The notes under the pieces were generated by a model. That model ran no database searches, was not told the origin of the DNA, and was given only the letters and a program-made list of their open reading frames with translations. From Macrostomum hystrix (taxonomy: Eukaryota; Animalia; Platyhelminthes), in assembly GCA_950097015.1 (NCBI GenBank), contig CATNEN010000001.1:13888001-13952000 (forward strand): 64,000 nucleotides of DNA, in the 5' to 3' direction. The translations under genes were made by a program, and so were the position numbers. Below are positions 1 through 12,921 of the stretch, piece by piece (positions within the stretch are counted from its first letter, which is position 1; each line of letters begins with the position of its first letter).

Positions 1-532
1 TTATAACTTGGCTTTTGATTTATCATCATATCTTAAACAGAAAATCTGTAGCTTAGGTTTGAAGTTAAAAAAGTATATTCTTGTTTGATTGATGATAGGC
101 TAGGCTACATTGTCATTACCCTAACTGATCATAAAAAACATATTTTTTATAAAGGAGGAATACAAGAAGTGGCTAGAATATCTTCTTGTAGCCAAGAAAG
201 TCACCAATAAAGCTGAGAAAAGGCAACCCTATTGACCCTGATTGGAGAAGAGGTGTACTCAATTCTAAGGAACTCAATTGTGCCAACAATTACAAAGTGC
301 AAGGACAAGTCCAATAAGGAGTAGGCCTACTGATTTCACTCCAATACCAGTTTACCCTGGAATTGAGCTTTATTGTTCAAGAAATTGTTTTTGCTCAACA
401 GAAACAGAAGGATGGCGAGACTGAAGCAGTCTTTGCAGAAGCCTCAGTGCCAGCTGCATGTTTCATGATGTTTGACATTCCTGGATCAAGCGCATTGAGT
501 GATTTTGTCTTTGCCCTCAGAGAGGAGCATGT

Positions 533-606
533 TGAACTTAATTGTAAACTGTAGGCCTAGACTGAACTTAATTGTAAACTGTAGGCCTAGACTGAACTTA
601 ATTGTT
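533..606. repeat. 30-bp tandem repeat, ~2.5 copies
   Basis: tgaacttaattgtaaactgtaggcctagac repeated. Confidence 0.85.
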
Positions 607-629
607 CATTGTGAACTTAAACAGATCCT

Positions 630-1037
630 AGACACTTCGTCATCCACGTGGAAGGTAGGCCTAGGACACTTTGTCATCCAGCCAATTGGCATGCTTTAAA
701 GTTTGGTCAGTTCGTCATCTACTAATAACAAGCAATCAAGTTCGACATCAATAAAGTGAGGGTGGGGTGGTGGGACAGAGGTGTGAACACACTTCACACT
801 CTAAATTGTCAAAAAGAGGTGTCAAAACTGATTTCACTATAAGAGTTGAAAGATAGGTGCCAACATGATGTGAGGAGGGGTGGGGAGGGGTGGTTCTATT
901 CTAACTTTGAAAACTTTTATTTTATAGATGACGAAGTGTCCACAAGTCTAAGTGTCTTTGTCATCCACCCTCTGAGATATTGGACAGATCGTCATCTGGA
1001 TGACGAAGTTGTAAGATGACAAAGTGTCCAGGTACCG
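630..1037. mobile_element. MITE-like / decayed DNA transposon with inverted termini
   Basis: ggacactttgtcatc (664-678) is inverted as gatgacaaagtgtcc (1015-1029); further internal copies of the motif occur in both orientations; no coding capacity. Confidence 0.45.
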
Positions 1038-3150
1038 AATTTAAACTACCTAATAAGAATTTTATAAAGAAAAATCTAAAGAAAAAATTAACCACTTTTA
1101 ACTTTAAGGCCCTTAGGGCCTACTGTTTAAAACCAAAGAAAATCAGAATAAAGCCTTTCAAGTTATAAAAACAAACAATTAACCCTTTCCTTACCTTTCC
1201 AGAGCATTTTCTTGTTTCGATTTTATCAGCTCTCGAAAGGGAGTAACACTTCTGGAGAACAATAAAGAAATCTGATTTATAAGGACATTTAATCTGATTG
1301 CTTCAATTTTCTTTTCAAGAATAATAAAATGAAAATCTAAGGCACTTTTTTCCGCTTTGTCATTTTGCTGTCTTTCCATGTCAAAAACGAGTAATTTTAA
1401 ACTACTTTTTAAATAGTAATAGTAAACTAATTTAAAATATCTGCTAGTGCAGCAGCCAGCAGGGCTCCATGGTCTCGACGACCAGACACAAACTAAAAAA
1501 CTACTCAGTTACACCAAACTTGAACTGGCGCGAAAAAAAAATAAGTTCGTATTAGAAAATTTTCGCTCCAACAATGTACTTGCCAACGGTGGCAAGGCAA
1601 GTACACGCCACGCATGCAAGATACACTTGCATGCAGTTTTACATACAGCCTTTATGTATCATAGGTGTTCGAAAAAAGTAATAATTTTCAAAAGGACATC
1701 ATCAAGGAAAGGACATCATCAGGCATTCCATACTTCAGTGTCATAACTGTTGGAAATCGCAGTTGTCCTGATGCTTACATGCTCATATGAAGTTTTAGGA
1801 CTCTAAGTGCACTGTGTTCTGAATTTCGTCGAAAAATCCCGGGATCGTAGCTAGCTATACTGAGTCAAATTTGAAAATCCAGCGGGATTTTTTAGAAACA
1901 ATTGGGCTACCGTTTTTAAGCTGCCTATATTTGGACAAATCGACGGCATTTTAATATAATTACTAATGCCAATCGTTTTCTTGAATGCCACTCACTCACG
2001 GTTTCAATCTATGTAAGAACTAGTATAGTAGATAATAGCTTGAGTTATGAAAAAGGTTTAAATTTAACGACACGTATGATAATATTGGCTTGTAATTGCT
2101 ATCTGCATTGTTCATATTTTCGCTCAAATCAAATCGGCCTTGCTCGGACGCTTGGGAAACCAATAACTGCCGCAATTAATGCTATAAAAAATGTGACGAC
2201 TACAAAAAACTTATTCAAAATGCACGTAGTAGGTTCCATTTTCCTTCTTATAGACTTCAAATTTTCATATTTCCTAAGCAAAACAAACAATCATTGTTGC
2301 TATGGCCTATGGGGATCGAAAGAAGACCAGTCAGCATACACTCGTATACAGATGTTTTTTTAACAGCTTAATTTGTTGTGAAATGCTAAATCTGTAGTCA
2401 GCACTAGCATGCTTGTATAGCATCGGCTTTATATTTATAATAAATAAAATTTGTAATTGCATGTGTTAAGTAGTAGGCAATCAGAGATTGATCATAACGA
2501 TGTTATCATAACTGTGTTACCGCCTTCTTGTCGTGATTTTGTCAAGAAATCGCTAATTTTAGGCTTGAATAATGGCACCTCCTTGGTTGCGAAATCTCAG
2601 CAATGCATAGGATGAACCATTAACTGCCAAACTGCCAAGAGTACTTCTGCTGGCAGTCAATCCGCAGTCTTTTTGTGGCAGTCGATTATCGCTTGACGTC
2701 ATCCATGCGAGCCAGTTTAATTTAAGCAAATAATTTCTACGATAGGCTTGAGAAATCAAACTCTCCTTAGTAACTGTAGCTGGCCGCAGGTCTTGACAAC
2801 ATTCCGGCCGCACGCAATGTGTGGAAAAACAGCATTCAGTAGCAGAATTAAAATGCAATTAACTATTCTCAAATGGCTTCAGCAGAAAGATGTGTTGCAA
2901 AGTCGATGAATGTTGGCCTTAATTAGCTTCCAGTGATGGAGAGATGACTGACAAATTCACATCCATCCAGGGCTGGAAGGTGAAAGCACGCTCTTAAAAA
3001 ACTTGGCTGTTTCAAATGCGACAGAGTCCTTTAATTTTCAACTGCATTTTCAACTGCAGCTGCATAAATTAGTCCTCAACTGTTGCAGCCACTCCTTCTC
3101 TCGGTCTCAAATACTTTGCCTTAATCGGTCTAAACAGTTGTCTTTTGCGA

Positions 3151-4966
3151 ATGGAAATGCGAATAATAGCAGCAGTTGCTCTTCTGCTTGTTCGCACATT
3201 CGGTGAGTACAGAGCTCTCTCATTTGACGCTCAGTTATAGCTTTTTTATTACTTCAGTAAATTGAAACGTTTCATATTGCCCTTTCATCTCTGACCTGAG
3301 ACAGACACAATGAGTGGTACTGAAAGCAGCAGAGTTTTCAGTCCGGAGACCACCGGCTTCATCGCCATGAATGACTCGGTGAGCAGCAGTCTGGTCAACC
3401 AGTCCGGGTTCCGCTCGGCTGCCGAGTGCCTGTACTGGTGCGATGACAGAGGCTGCGCTGCCGCAGTGCTGAATGAGACCAGCCGCGTCTGCCAGATGCT
3501 CGTCATCAACGATGAGTCATCGGGTCAGCCTGGGCCGAACGGCAGTCACGTGACGAGGCAGCTTGGCTCGCCAACCGACGGAGCCGTGAGGCTGTGGAAG
3601 TCGGATGACTTCGAGCAGCAGCTTCGGCCGCGACTTTTCTGGCGAGTTTTTGGAAGTAAGTAAAAATTCGGTTGCAGGAAGCACTCAGCCAATGAAAAGT
3701 TATCTAAAATTTTCACAGATTCGGACATTAGCTGGTTTCATGTAGTTAGATATTTAGATATTTTCTTTGCTGACATACTGCAAAGGGCTACTGGAAAATT
3801 CCTTGCAAGTACTGCAGTTTAAACTAGCTGCATTCTAGGCGTCGCGAATTGAACCTTAGACATTTAACTACTTGTCCCCACGAAAAGTTTAGAAACACAT
3901 GGAGTTGATTAAGCTTAAAAGTTTAAACACACACGTATAGAATCGCTCGCAGCTGACGCGTTGACACCCGATCTCTCTCACTGTCTCATGCCGCTCCGAC
4001 TCACCAAACAGACAGCAGCTCCGGCCGGAACGGATCGGTTCAGCTCTTCTCCGCGCCTTTCGCTGCCTGCTTCCGCATCGAGGCCTTCGGCGCTGCTGGG
4101 GGCAGAGTGTCTGGCATCTACTCCGGACTAGGCGGCAGGGGCGCATCAGCCGCTGGGAGCTTCTGGCTCGCTGCTGACACACGACTGGACATTGTGGTCG
4201 GACAGGCTGGCGGCGACACAGGCTGCGGATTCGGCGCAGGGGGTGGCGGCGGCAGCTTCGTGTACAACAGCAACGACACCGGCAGTCCTTGGCTGCTCCT
4301 GGCTGCTGGAGGAGGCGGAGGGGCATCTTGGAATTATGTTAAGTGAACTAAATAACTGCTTGTGAATCCAGTTAATCACTGTTGCTTAAATCGAGTCCCT
4401 TTGAATCGCATTGGAATCTCCTGTCTGATGAGCACGCCAAGTTGATGATACCGTGTCAAATTTCAGGCGGCTTGAATGGTTCAAGCGGAACCAATGGCAC
4501 GGACAGCTGGCCAAAGGGCAGCTGCTCCGGCTTTGGCGGATCCGACGGTCAGCCGGGGCGGGTGTCGCCAACTCGCGATGCCAGCAACAGTCTCGCTTCA
4601 TGCGGCGCGGCAGGAGCCGGCTGGAGAGGCCCAGCCAAGCCCAGCAACGAGTCCTTCGAATTTCCCGGAGGTCCCGGGCTCAGCCGCACGGATGGTTGGC
4701 GTGGTGGAGCTCGCAGCGTCTCCTGTCCCACTGGCGACGGCGGCTTCGGTGGGGGTGGCGCTGGCGGCGGCTGCTGCACCGGCGGTCGCGATGGCGCCAG
4801 CGGCGGAGGAGGCGGCTTCAGTGGCGGCGGCGCTGGCACCGCAGTGACCCAGGTCGGAGGTGGCGGCGGCTCTTTCTGCAGCGGCTTCGGCTGCGTCACG
4901 GCCACCGGCGCCAACCCGGAGCTGCAGGGCCGCGTGCTGCTGAGCATATCTGCGGCCTGCGGCTGA
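3151..4966 (+). CDS. Secreted PAN/apple-like + ALK/LTK-like glycine-rich protein, paralog 1; exons 3151-3202, 3305-3655, 4012-~4338, 4467-4966
   Basis: Signal-peptide exon MEMRIIAAVALLLVRTF|gtgagt. Cys-patterned PAN-like exon (AAECLYWCDDRGCAAAVLNETSRVCQM). Gly-rich domain motifs IEAFGAAGG, GGRGA, LDIVVGQAG, GGGGGSFV, LLAAGGGGG, GGFGGGG. Phase-1 GT-AG introns match paralogs 2 and 3, except the exon-3 donor, which reads ttaagt. Confidence 0.8.
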
Positions 4967-6192
4967 CAGAAATCTTGCTGCAGGAGTCAGCGAATGAAAC
5001 AGAGACCGAATTTAGCAACAATCCGTCCTTACTTTTTGTTTAGATGTCAAGTTTTCTAATGGCCACAAAATCGAGTAAATCAAACTGTCGAAATTCGCAA
5101 TTTTCTCGTGAAATTTAAGTTTTCTGAGCTTTTCAACATCCTAGTTTAGTTGTTAGAAATTAAATTACAGACTTCCTTTAAAAAATGACAATTGACATTC
5201 GAACCCTGGTGTCAAAATCTCTCGATATCGACATTTGAAACGCACTCGTAGCTACAAAATCTGTTTTCGACTTTTCGTTATGGTTCTGCCTAAATGAAAT
5301 TCAATTATATTGAGTAAAACGTTGAGGCATGGATGAATGAATAGAATGGATTGCTACTCGTATTCTGGCTCTGGCTATTTTCATTTTTGACTCTTTTGCA
5401 TCCGGTTCCATCCATTTTGCATCCATGCGTTGAGGTCTTTGGCCTACTTTTCTCAACTCCAGGGTGGTACCATAGGGACTCTCCGGGAATATGAGGTCAT
5501 TTATTTCACTAACCCTTGGGGACCGACTCGCCGTGATGGACGAATTGCTGGTGTCGCCCAGGGAGGTCCGTCGGATTTGCCAGCAGCTATGTTGCTCCCA
5601 AGAAGTGCTCAGCGGTTTCGTCGCCCGAGTTACCGAAACTGCTGGCGGCATTTGGGATATCGGCCTGAATAAATTGGTGCCTGGAGAAGCAGCAATGTCC
5701 AGACAGGATCCCAGCGGCAGCACAGATTTCTCTCTGACTGGTGGGCTGTGGGACAGCGCCTATGGATGGCTTGTCGTTCGCCCATGTAGAGCGTTGCTGG
5801 GTTTTGCCTAACGATTTTATACTCGAGTTTTATAACACCGACCTCAATCGGGACGAGAGGCTCAGACACCAGTTTGGTCAGACAACATGTTGAGGAGGGC
5901 ATGTAGTTGAATGTAGTCGAGTTGACTCTGCTGCTACAGATGGCCTTCAGTTTGGCTATCAGAGTTAAAAAAGATGTCCCTGCTGGACACAGAGCTGGAG
6001 CTGATTGCGAGGACCTCTGATAGTGGGGTCTCTTGATGAATGCTCAAACAGAAGATGAGCTTCAGCTTTCTTCTATCTACGAGTACATTTCCAGCCCGAA
6101 GAAAATTCATTGAGCGTTGATTCCTAGCTCAAGGATCTTTCTATGGCATCAGCAGATCAACAGGACGACAATAGGGGATAAGGACTCTGTCA

Positions 6193-6545
6193 AAGATGAT
6201 AAATTGGCATCTGCTTGGACACATTCAAGATGATAAATTGGCGTCTGCTTGGACACATTCAAGATTATAAATTGGCATCTGCTTGGACACATTCAAGATT
6301 ATAAATTGGCATCTGCTTGGACACATTCAAGATTATAAATTGGCATCTGCTTGGACACATTCAAGATTATAAATTGGCATCTGCTTGGACACATTCAAGA
6401 TTATAAATTGGCATCTGCTTGGACACATTCAAGATGATAAATTGGCATCTGCTTGGACACATTCAAGATGATAAATTGGCATCTGCTTGGACACATTCAA
6501 GATGATAAATTGGCATCTGCTTGGACACATTCAAGATTATAAATT
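6193..6545. repeat. 34-bp minisatellite, ~10 copies
   Basis: aagat(g/t)ataaattggcatctgcttggacacattc head-to-tail, no spacers. Confidence 0.95.
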
Positions 6546-7253
6546 GTGTCATCGAAAAGACGATACGAAAATTTACTGTCAATAAACGCTCGAGTTGAAT
6601 GGTACAAAGCAAATGGAATACTGCTGTCCCCTTCATTCTGGGATTTCTTGGTGAGTGTAAATCTAGGCTTTTGGAAAATATCTGCAGATCAACACTTTGC
6701 AATTGTCTTCTCGAAGGCCTGGCTCCGGCTAGCGAACAGTCGAGCCAAGACTCGAAGAGCAGATCCGAAAGAAGCGAAGGCAACTACGACTTCAATTTCA
6801 TGGCTGTTTAACCAGCTCATAACTCTACTATGTCCTATCAAACATTGACTGCTTGCGAATCTGGGAGTAGCGAATAGTTAAAAATGGAAGTCAAACAGCA
6901 GCTACTTTCAGTGCTGTTTGCTGCTGCCTGTCGGAATTCTCCTTTGACGGTTCTGCCTTGCGAGGGCCGCTGGGCCCGCTCCGCTCAAACAGAAGGCAAT
7001 CACGCCACTGCAAAGCATTGTTTCAGTGGCAGAAAATGTAGAACTGTTCCAGATTTGCTCAGAAGGCTTGCAAATAAAGTTCCATTAACTTTCAGCGGTT
7101 CCTATTTCGCAGATGAAATTCAAATCCATTTGATGCTGGGACCCCGACAACTCAAGGCTATTTAATGCGTATAGCAGAGACCGCTTACCTGCCTTCATGC
7201 AGTCGAACTCTGACACCACCAGAGTCCGATTTGAGCTGACTGCGAAATTCACA

Positions 7254-7299
7254 ATGGGATTGACGGTGTTGGCTGCTCTGCTGCTTGTTTGCACCACCG
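7254..7299 (+). other. Additional signal-peptide exon upstream of paralog 2 (identical to exon 1 of paralog 3)
   Basis: MGLTVLAALLLVCTT + G|gtgagt, phase 1; same sequence at 30845-30890. Confidence 0.65.
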
Positions 7300-7337
7300 G
7301 TGAGTACTGCTGCTGCTGCTTTCGTAACTTCCAGCAA

Positions 7338-7568
7338 ATCGACTCAAGCCCTATCACCTCGACTCAAACCCTAGCAACTCGACTCAAACCCCAGCAACTC
7401 GACTCAAACCCCAGCAACTCGACTCAAACCCCAGCAACTCGACTCAAACCCTAGCAACTCGACTCAAACCCCAGCAACTCGACTCAAACCCCAGCAACAC
7501 GACTCAAACCCTAGCAACTCGACTCAAACCCTAGCAGCTCGACTCAAACCCTAGCAGCTCGACTCAAA
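7338..7568. repeat. 20-bp minisatellite (ctcgactcaaacc[c/t]agcaa-type)
   Basis: About 11 tandem units; the same family recurs at 30155-30357. Confidence 0.9.
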
Positions 7569-7591
7569 GTGACTTCACTGTGAGACTTGCA

Positions 7592-10500
7592 ATGCGACTA
7601 ATAACACTTTTAGCCCTGCTCATTGTTCGCACTGCAGAAGGTGAGTCCCAGTTGGCATTTGAGCAATCCAGTCAATCCACCAGATGCTCCGGACGCGGAT
7701 CTTTCTGCATGCGTAGCATTGTGCCGCAGCATTTGCATGCTTCATTCTTCATTCACTGTTCGCAAATCATTTTCCATGATTTTGCACCTGAATCCACTTC
7801 CTCAGTGACGGCCTCGAGTGTGACGGTGTTCCGTCGAGATGCCAGCGGCTCCATCACTCTGAATGAGTCGGTGAGCAGCAGCCTGAGCAGTGAGTCCGGC
7901 TGCGACTCCGACATCAAGTGCGTGACATTGTGCGAAAAGAGAGGCTGCTCTGCCGCAGTGCTGAATGAGACCAGCCGCGTCTGCCAGATCGTAGTCATCA
8001 ACGATGAGTCATCGGGTGCAGCGGGTCCGAACGGCAGTCACGTGACGAGGCAGCTGGGCTCGCCAACCGACGGAGCCGTGAGGCTGTGGAAGGCGGATGA
8101 CTTCGAGCAGCAGCTTCGGTCCAAGAGCTTTCGACTCGCCGTCACAAGTGAGAAATAAACCAATGAATTTTGAATTTGGGATTCGGGTTGGAATCATTCC
8201 TTTACGAATTTGAAATAATCCTATCCAATTCTATTCCTGTGACTCATCCTTTGCGAAAGACCTCGTTTCTAGAACTGACCAGGACACCCAGTAGATGCCC
8301 GCATACAGTGCCTCTATCAGCCGTTTAGTATAGAAAATATAAAATTAATAATTTAAATATATTAAAAAAATCTGGTAAAGAAAAATCCCAGCGGGTGGCT
8401 GTGGCTCCATAGAAGACCAGAAGCAATTCACAGCTGATACTGGGATTGGGATTGTGGAATGGAGTTTGGGTTCTGGGAAAATGACGTGTGTTTGACAAGG
8501 CGCGTTTATGGTGCGTATTTATTGATTAGCAAGTTCAAAGGTTCTAAACGAAACTGAAAGTAGGCTCGAGGTCTTAAGACATCGCCGTTGGCGCGCAACC
8601 ATGAGGTGAGTGGGTCTGCTATAAACTCGGGTGCGTTGTCCGACACTACTGTCTCCGGAACGCCAAATCGTGTGAATACGGTTCTGAGGCAATGTATGAT
8701 GGAATCGGTTGCCCGGTCGCGGCATGGGAAGGCCTCTATCCAACGTGAGAAAGAGTCCAGGATGACAAAATGTTATCAGTGTTATTTACGTAGGCCCAAT
8801 CCATATGAATGCGCGCTGGAATGGGGTAGCCTGACGGTGACCAAAGATCACTGTCTTGACCATTATGTGGGTGTAGCTGATTGCAGCCGGGGCAACACAA
8901 AAGCTCCCAAACCGAATGACAGTCTAGCATCTGAATAAAAATTCACACCCTTTACGATGAACTAACTAACTGAACAAGATATTCATCAAGTCTTGTCGAA
9001 GACCCTGATGACAAGGACAACTAACATTGTTCTGTGTGAACCTCTACAGCGAATCCCTACTAGTTAAAAAAATAAACACAATACAATATAGTGAGCATTA
9101 ATAACCGGCATGGTTTCATGATGAAATTTTGTGAGCAGAAAAATGCTGCCTATATTGTTGGTTTTTGCCACCAGAATCTTCGACGAGAATTCTGGAATTT
9201 GTGAGTCTAGAAGTTGTTTCATCAGCTAGAGTGCCGTGTTCTGGATTACCAAGGCGATTGGTTATATATTTTAGGAGATGCAGAAGGAAGAAAAATCTGG
9301 GTATTTGAAATACCCCATGTCTTTCGAATGTTAAAGGAAACGGGAAGATTAATTAATTAACGCCCTTGACCCAACTGTAACAGCTTGAGCTTGTTGAGAG
9401 AACGTTGGCACTTGAAAAGTTTGCAGTTGAAACCATAGCAAACGAACTTGTAGGGAAAAGTACAACAGAGAGGGATCGACCGATAACAATAATACGAGTA
9501 TAAAATGAGACCAGCGCTAAAACTGGGTTTCAAAGCACAGCAGAAAAGGAGAGTGGGATTCCTTTGGTGGCAGTCCCGAATCCCAAGGATTAAAAAGAAC
9601 AAGCGAATTTAGTAAAGTGATCAGCGAGCAATATTGCAAAACAACGCTGACACAAGCGTGAATAAATATGGTAAATTATTAGCGAGATAAACGAAAAGAA
9701 ACATAACTAATAAATTCAGTTGGCGCAGAAAAAGAAGATTGCGAGTTGAGCACAAGAACGGTTGAAAAAGGGGGCTAAAGATAAAAACCATTGAGAAGAA
9801 AGAAGACAGGCTGAAAAGGACGGACCAGGAGAGATAAAGATAACAGAAACAGAACAGAAGGACCAAAATAAAATTTTCATCTTACTTCAACTTAACTCAA
9901 ATTGCTCTTTTTAAGCAATTTTTCAAAGCAAAGCAAAGCAATTTCACTTTGCCGATTAGCTTCTCACACCTGGCTCGTTACATGTGAGCAGCTAATCTCT
10001 CACACTGCCGCATCACTATTCGACTCACCAAACAGACAGCAGCTCCGGCCGGAACGGATCGGTTCAGCTCTTCTCCATGCCGTTCGCTGCCTGCTTCCGC
10101 ATCGAGGCCTTCGGAGCTGCTGGGGGCAACACAACACAACCGAGCCGCGGCGGCAGAGGCGCCTCATCAGCTGGGAGCTTCTGGCTCGCCGATGGCACCC
10201 GACTGGACATTGTGGTCGGACAGGCCGGTGGCAACTCGGCGTGTGGTTATGGCGCAGGTGGTGGCGGTGGCAGCTTCGTGTACATCAACAACGGCACTGG
10301 CAGTCCTCGGCTGCTCCTGGCTGCTGGAGGAGGCGGAGGGACATCTTGGAATTGGGGTAAGTGCACTGAAGCTCAGAAGAGAGTGCGCCATTCGAAAATA
10401 TTTGTTTCTCTCTTAGCAGTCACTGAGAGCTTAAAGTTTATAGTTGTTAGTGATTGGAATGGTTTAGGCTGTTGAGTCAGGGCTCATAATGCAGCCTTTG

Positions 10501-11725
10501 TAGGCCCAGAGCTCAAGCATTCACTGAATGAGCCTCAGCGACTGGTGCAGTCCCTCCAGGTTCAGCCAGGGTCACAGATAGCAGAGCAGGATAAGCGTCT
10601 GAGGCCAGGAGTTGCTGGGCAGGAAGGACCATCGATGTCGAGGGCTCTGATTGGCAGGCGTCACATTCAATGGACTTGAACTTTCAAAGCTGCAGTGCAG
10701 CAGATTTAGACAGAAGCAACATGGAGGGCAAATCCTGGCTGACAAGCGATTAATCGGTAAATTTAATTCTCTTCATTAGCCATCCAAAGCAGTTTGACGA
10801 AAAATTGCCAATCAAGAATATAGGAACATGGATTTCATCGCGCAAAAACTTGGCTGTTTAAAACATTTTCATTGAACACAGACAAAGTACACTCCCTTCC
10901 AGCTACTCAGTCCATCGTTAGTATTGAGTAGCTCGTATCAGCAGGGTTTTAGCAGACAGATTCGAGGCAGTTGGAGGACAGATCTGCGCATGCTCGAGGA
11001 ACTCGGAGATCCGCAGATAGGTTGTGAAATTCATGAGATAAAGAATTGAGCAGCTCATATTCGTACTAGCGTAGATTATTTTAGAACTACTGAAAGTGAA
11101 AATTGGCTTGTCCGCCAGTTTTACAGACTTTCAGCAATAAATTAGGAAACTGGCAGCTCACCGAGCGGTGTGCCACCTGAGCTGATTGACAGAAACCATG
11201 CAAACCCATGGAATATTCGCTGAAATCCCAGATGGCGTGAGTGGTGATGGCGGCATCAACGGCTCGGACAGCTGGCCGAAGAACAAATGGACTGGCGCTG
11301 GAGGAGCTGCCGGTCAGCCGGGTCTGGTGGCGCCCTATCGCTACAACTCCATCTTCTCGTGCGGCGGTGCCGGCGCCGGCTGGCTCGGCTCGGCCCAGCC
11401 CAGCAACTTGTCCTTCCCTGATCCCGGAGGTCCCGGTCTGAGCCGCATCGACGGCTGGCTCGGCGGAGCTCGCAACTCCTCCTGCCCCACTGGCGACGGC
11501 GGCTTCGGTGGAGGCGGGGCTGGCGGCGGCTGCTGCGCTGGCGAACGCATCGGTGCTAGCGGCGGAGGCGGCGGATTCAGCGGTGGAGGTGCAGGCACAC
11601 GCGACGGACAGGCTGGAGGTGGGGGCGGCTCCTTCTGCAGCGGCTTCGGCTGCGCCACCGCCACCGGCGCCAACTCGGAGCCGCAGGGCCGCGTGCTGCT
11701 GAGCGCGTCTGCGGCCTGCGGCTGA
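7592..11725 (+). CDS. Secreted PAN/apple-like + ALK/LTK-like glycine-rich protein, paralog 2; exons 7592-7640, 7806-8147, 10036-10356, 11232-11725
   Basis: All three introns are GT-AG, phase 1, and the frame is continuous; same motifs and C-terminus (GRVLLSASAACG) as the other paralogs. Confidence 0.88.
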
Positions 11726-11760
11726 CGCTCAGAGCGAGGGGAGCCGCCAATCTGTGCCTC

Positions 11761-12010
11761 AGGTGGCGACAGTTGGTGACAGGTGGTGACAGGTGGTGAC
11801 AGGTGGTGACAGGTGGTGACAGGTGGTGACAGGTGGTGACAGGTGGTGACAGGTGGTCACAGGTGGTGACAGGAGGTGACAGGTGGTGACAGGTGATAAC
11901 AGGTGGTGACAGGTAGTGATCCGTGATGACAGGTGGTGACAGGTGGTGACAGGTGATGACAGGTGGTGACAGGTGGTGACAGGTAGTGATCTGTGATGAC
12001 AGGAGTGACT
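11761..12010. repeat. 10-bp tandem repeat (aggtggtgac)n
   Basis: Direct reading. Confidence 0.95.
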
Positions 12011-12219
12011 GGAAGCAGTGATTCAGTGATGCCCAGAAACATTGACAATAAGACTGCAGAAGATCGGATCAATTGAAATTATTTACCGGACTCAGTGTCA
12101 AATGGTTTTGACACTTTGACAATCCAAAATAGTTTTTTGGATTGCAAGCGAAAAGCAGCACAAGAATTCAAAATTTTCCCATGTCAAGTTGCTAATTTAT
12201 TTATTACTTCTGCACTCGT

Positions 12220-12428
12220 TTATTCGACACAAATACTGTTTATTCACCACATATACAGTTTATTCAACACAAATACAGTTTATTCAACACAAATACAGTT
12301 TATTCAACACAAATACTGTTTATGCAACACAAATACTGTTTATTGAACACAGATACTGTTTATTCAACACAAATACTGTTTATGCAACACAAATACAGTT
12401 TATTCAACACAAATGCTGTTTATTCAAC
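12220..12428. repeat. 20-bp minisatellite (tttattcaacacaaatactg)n
   Basis: About 10 units. Confidence 0.95.
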
Positions 12429-12921
12429 GCTGGTTTGACGCTGGCTTAGGACAGTGAAGGGTTGATTGGAAGTCACAGTTTGCAGCAATGGCATTTCACA
12501 CGAGTCGCGATTGCGACATCCTATGAAAACCATTGGTTCAAATGTCCATCAACCCCAGTGTGACTTCAGTGACAAGATTCGACTGCGATAGACGTGGAAG
12601 GCATCGATAGCCAGCTAATACCAGCTCCTTAGCTGTCATGCTAGTTTATTGCTGGGTTCGAGCATTGCTTGGGGTAGGCACAACAATTCTGTTCGTGACC
12701 TGTGGGACGAGTGTGACTGGGCTGGCATGAGGCCAATAGAATCACTCCCTTCTTTCACAGACTCCACTCCCCTTTCTCCCCTGTCATCTTCTCTGGTAGC
12801 TGCTTTCCCCTATCCTCTCCCCCGACATTTCCTCTCTCATTTGTCCCCTTCCTCCGCACAGGCGAGCCTCTCAGCCAACCCTTTCAGCATCGGCAGCTGC
12901 TTAGAGTTGATTTCTCATGAC

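Noticed and set aside
5301-6120. Minus-strand ORF fragments between paralogs 1 and 2
   Set aside because: No recognisable domain or consistent exon chain
6193-6545. 34-bp repeats as a CRISPR array
   Set aside because: Head-to-tail with no unique spacers, no cas genes, eukaryotic context
7338-7568. Telomeric repeat (aaaccct)
   Set aside because: Only a sub-motif of a 20-bp unit, not a telomere array
8239-9870. Possible LTR-element remnant in intron 2 of paralog 2
   Set aside because: The intron is enlarged and has TATA/AATAAA-like motifs, but I found no second LTR, TSD or recognisable protein motif
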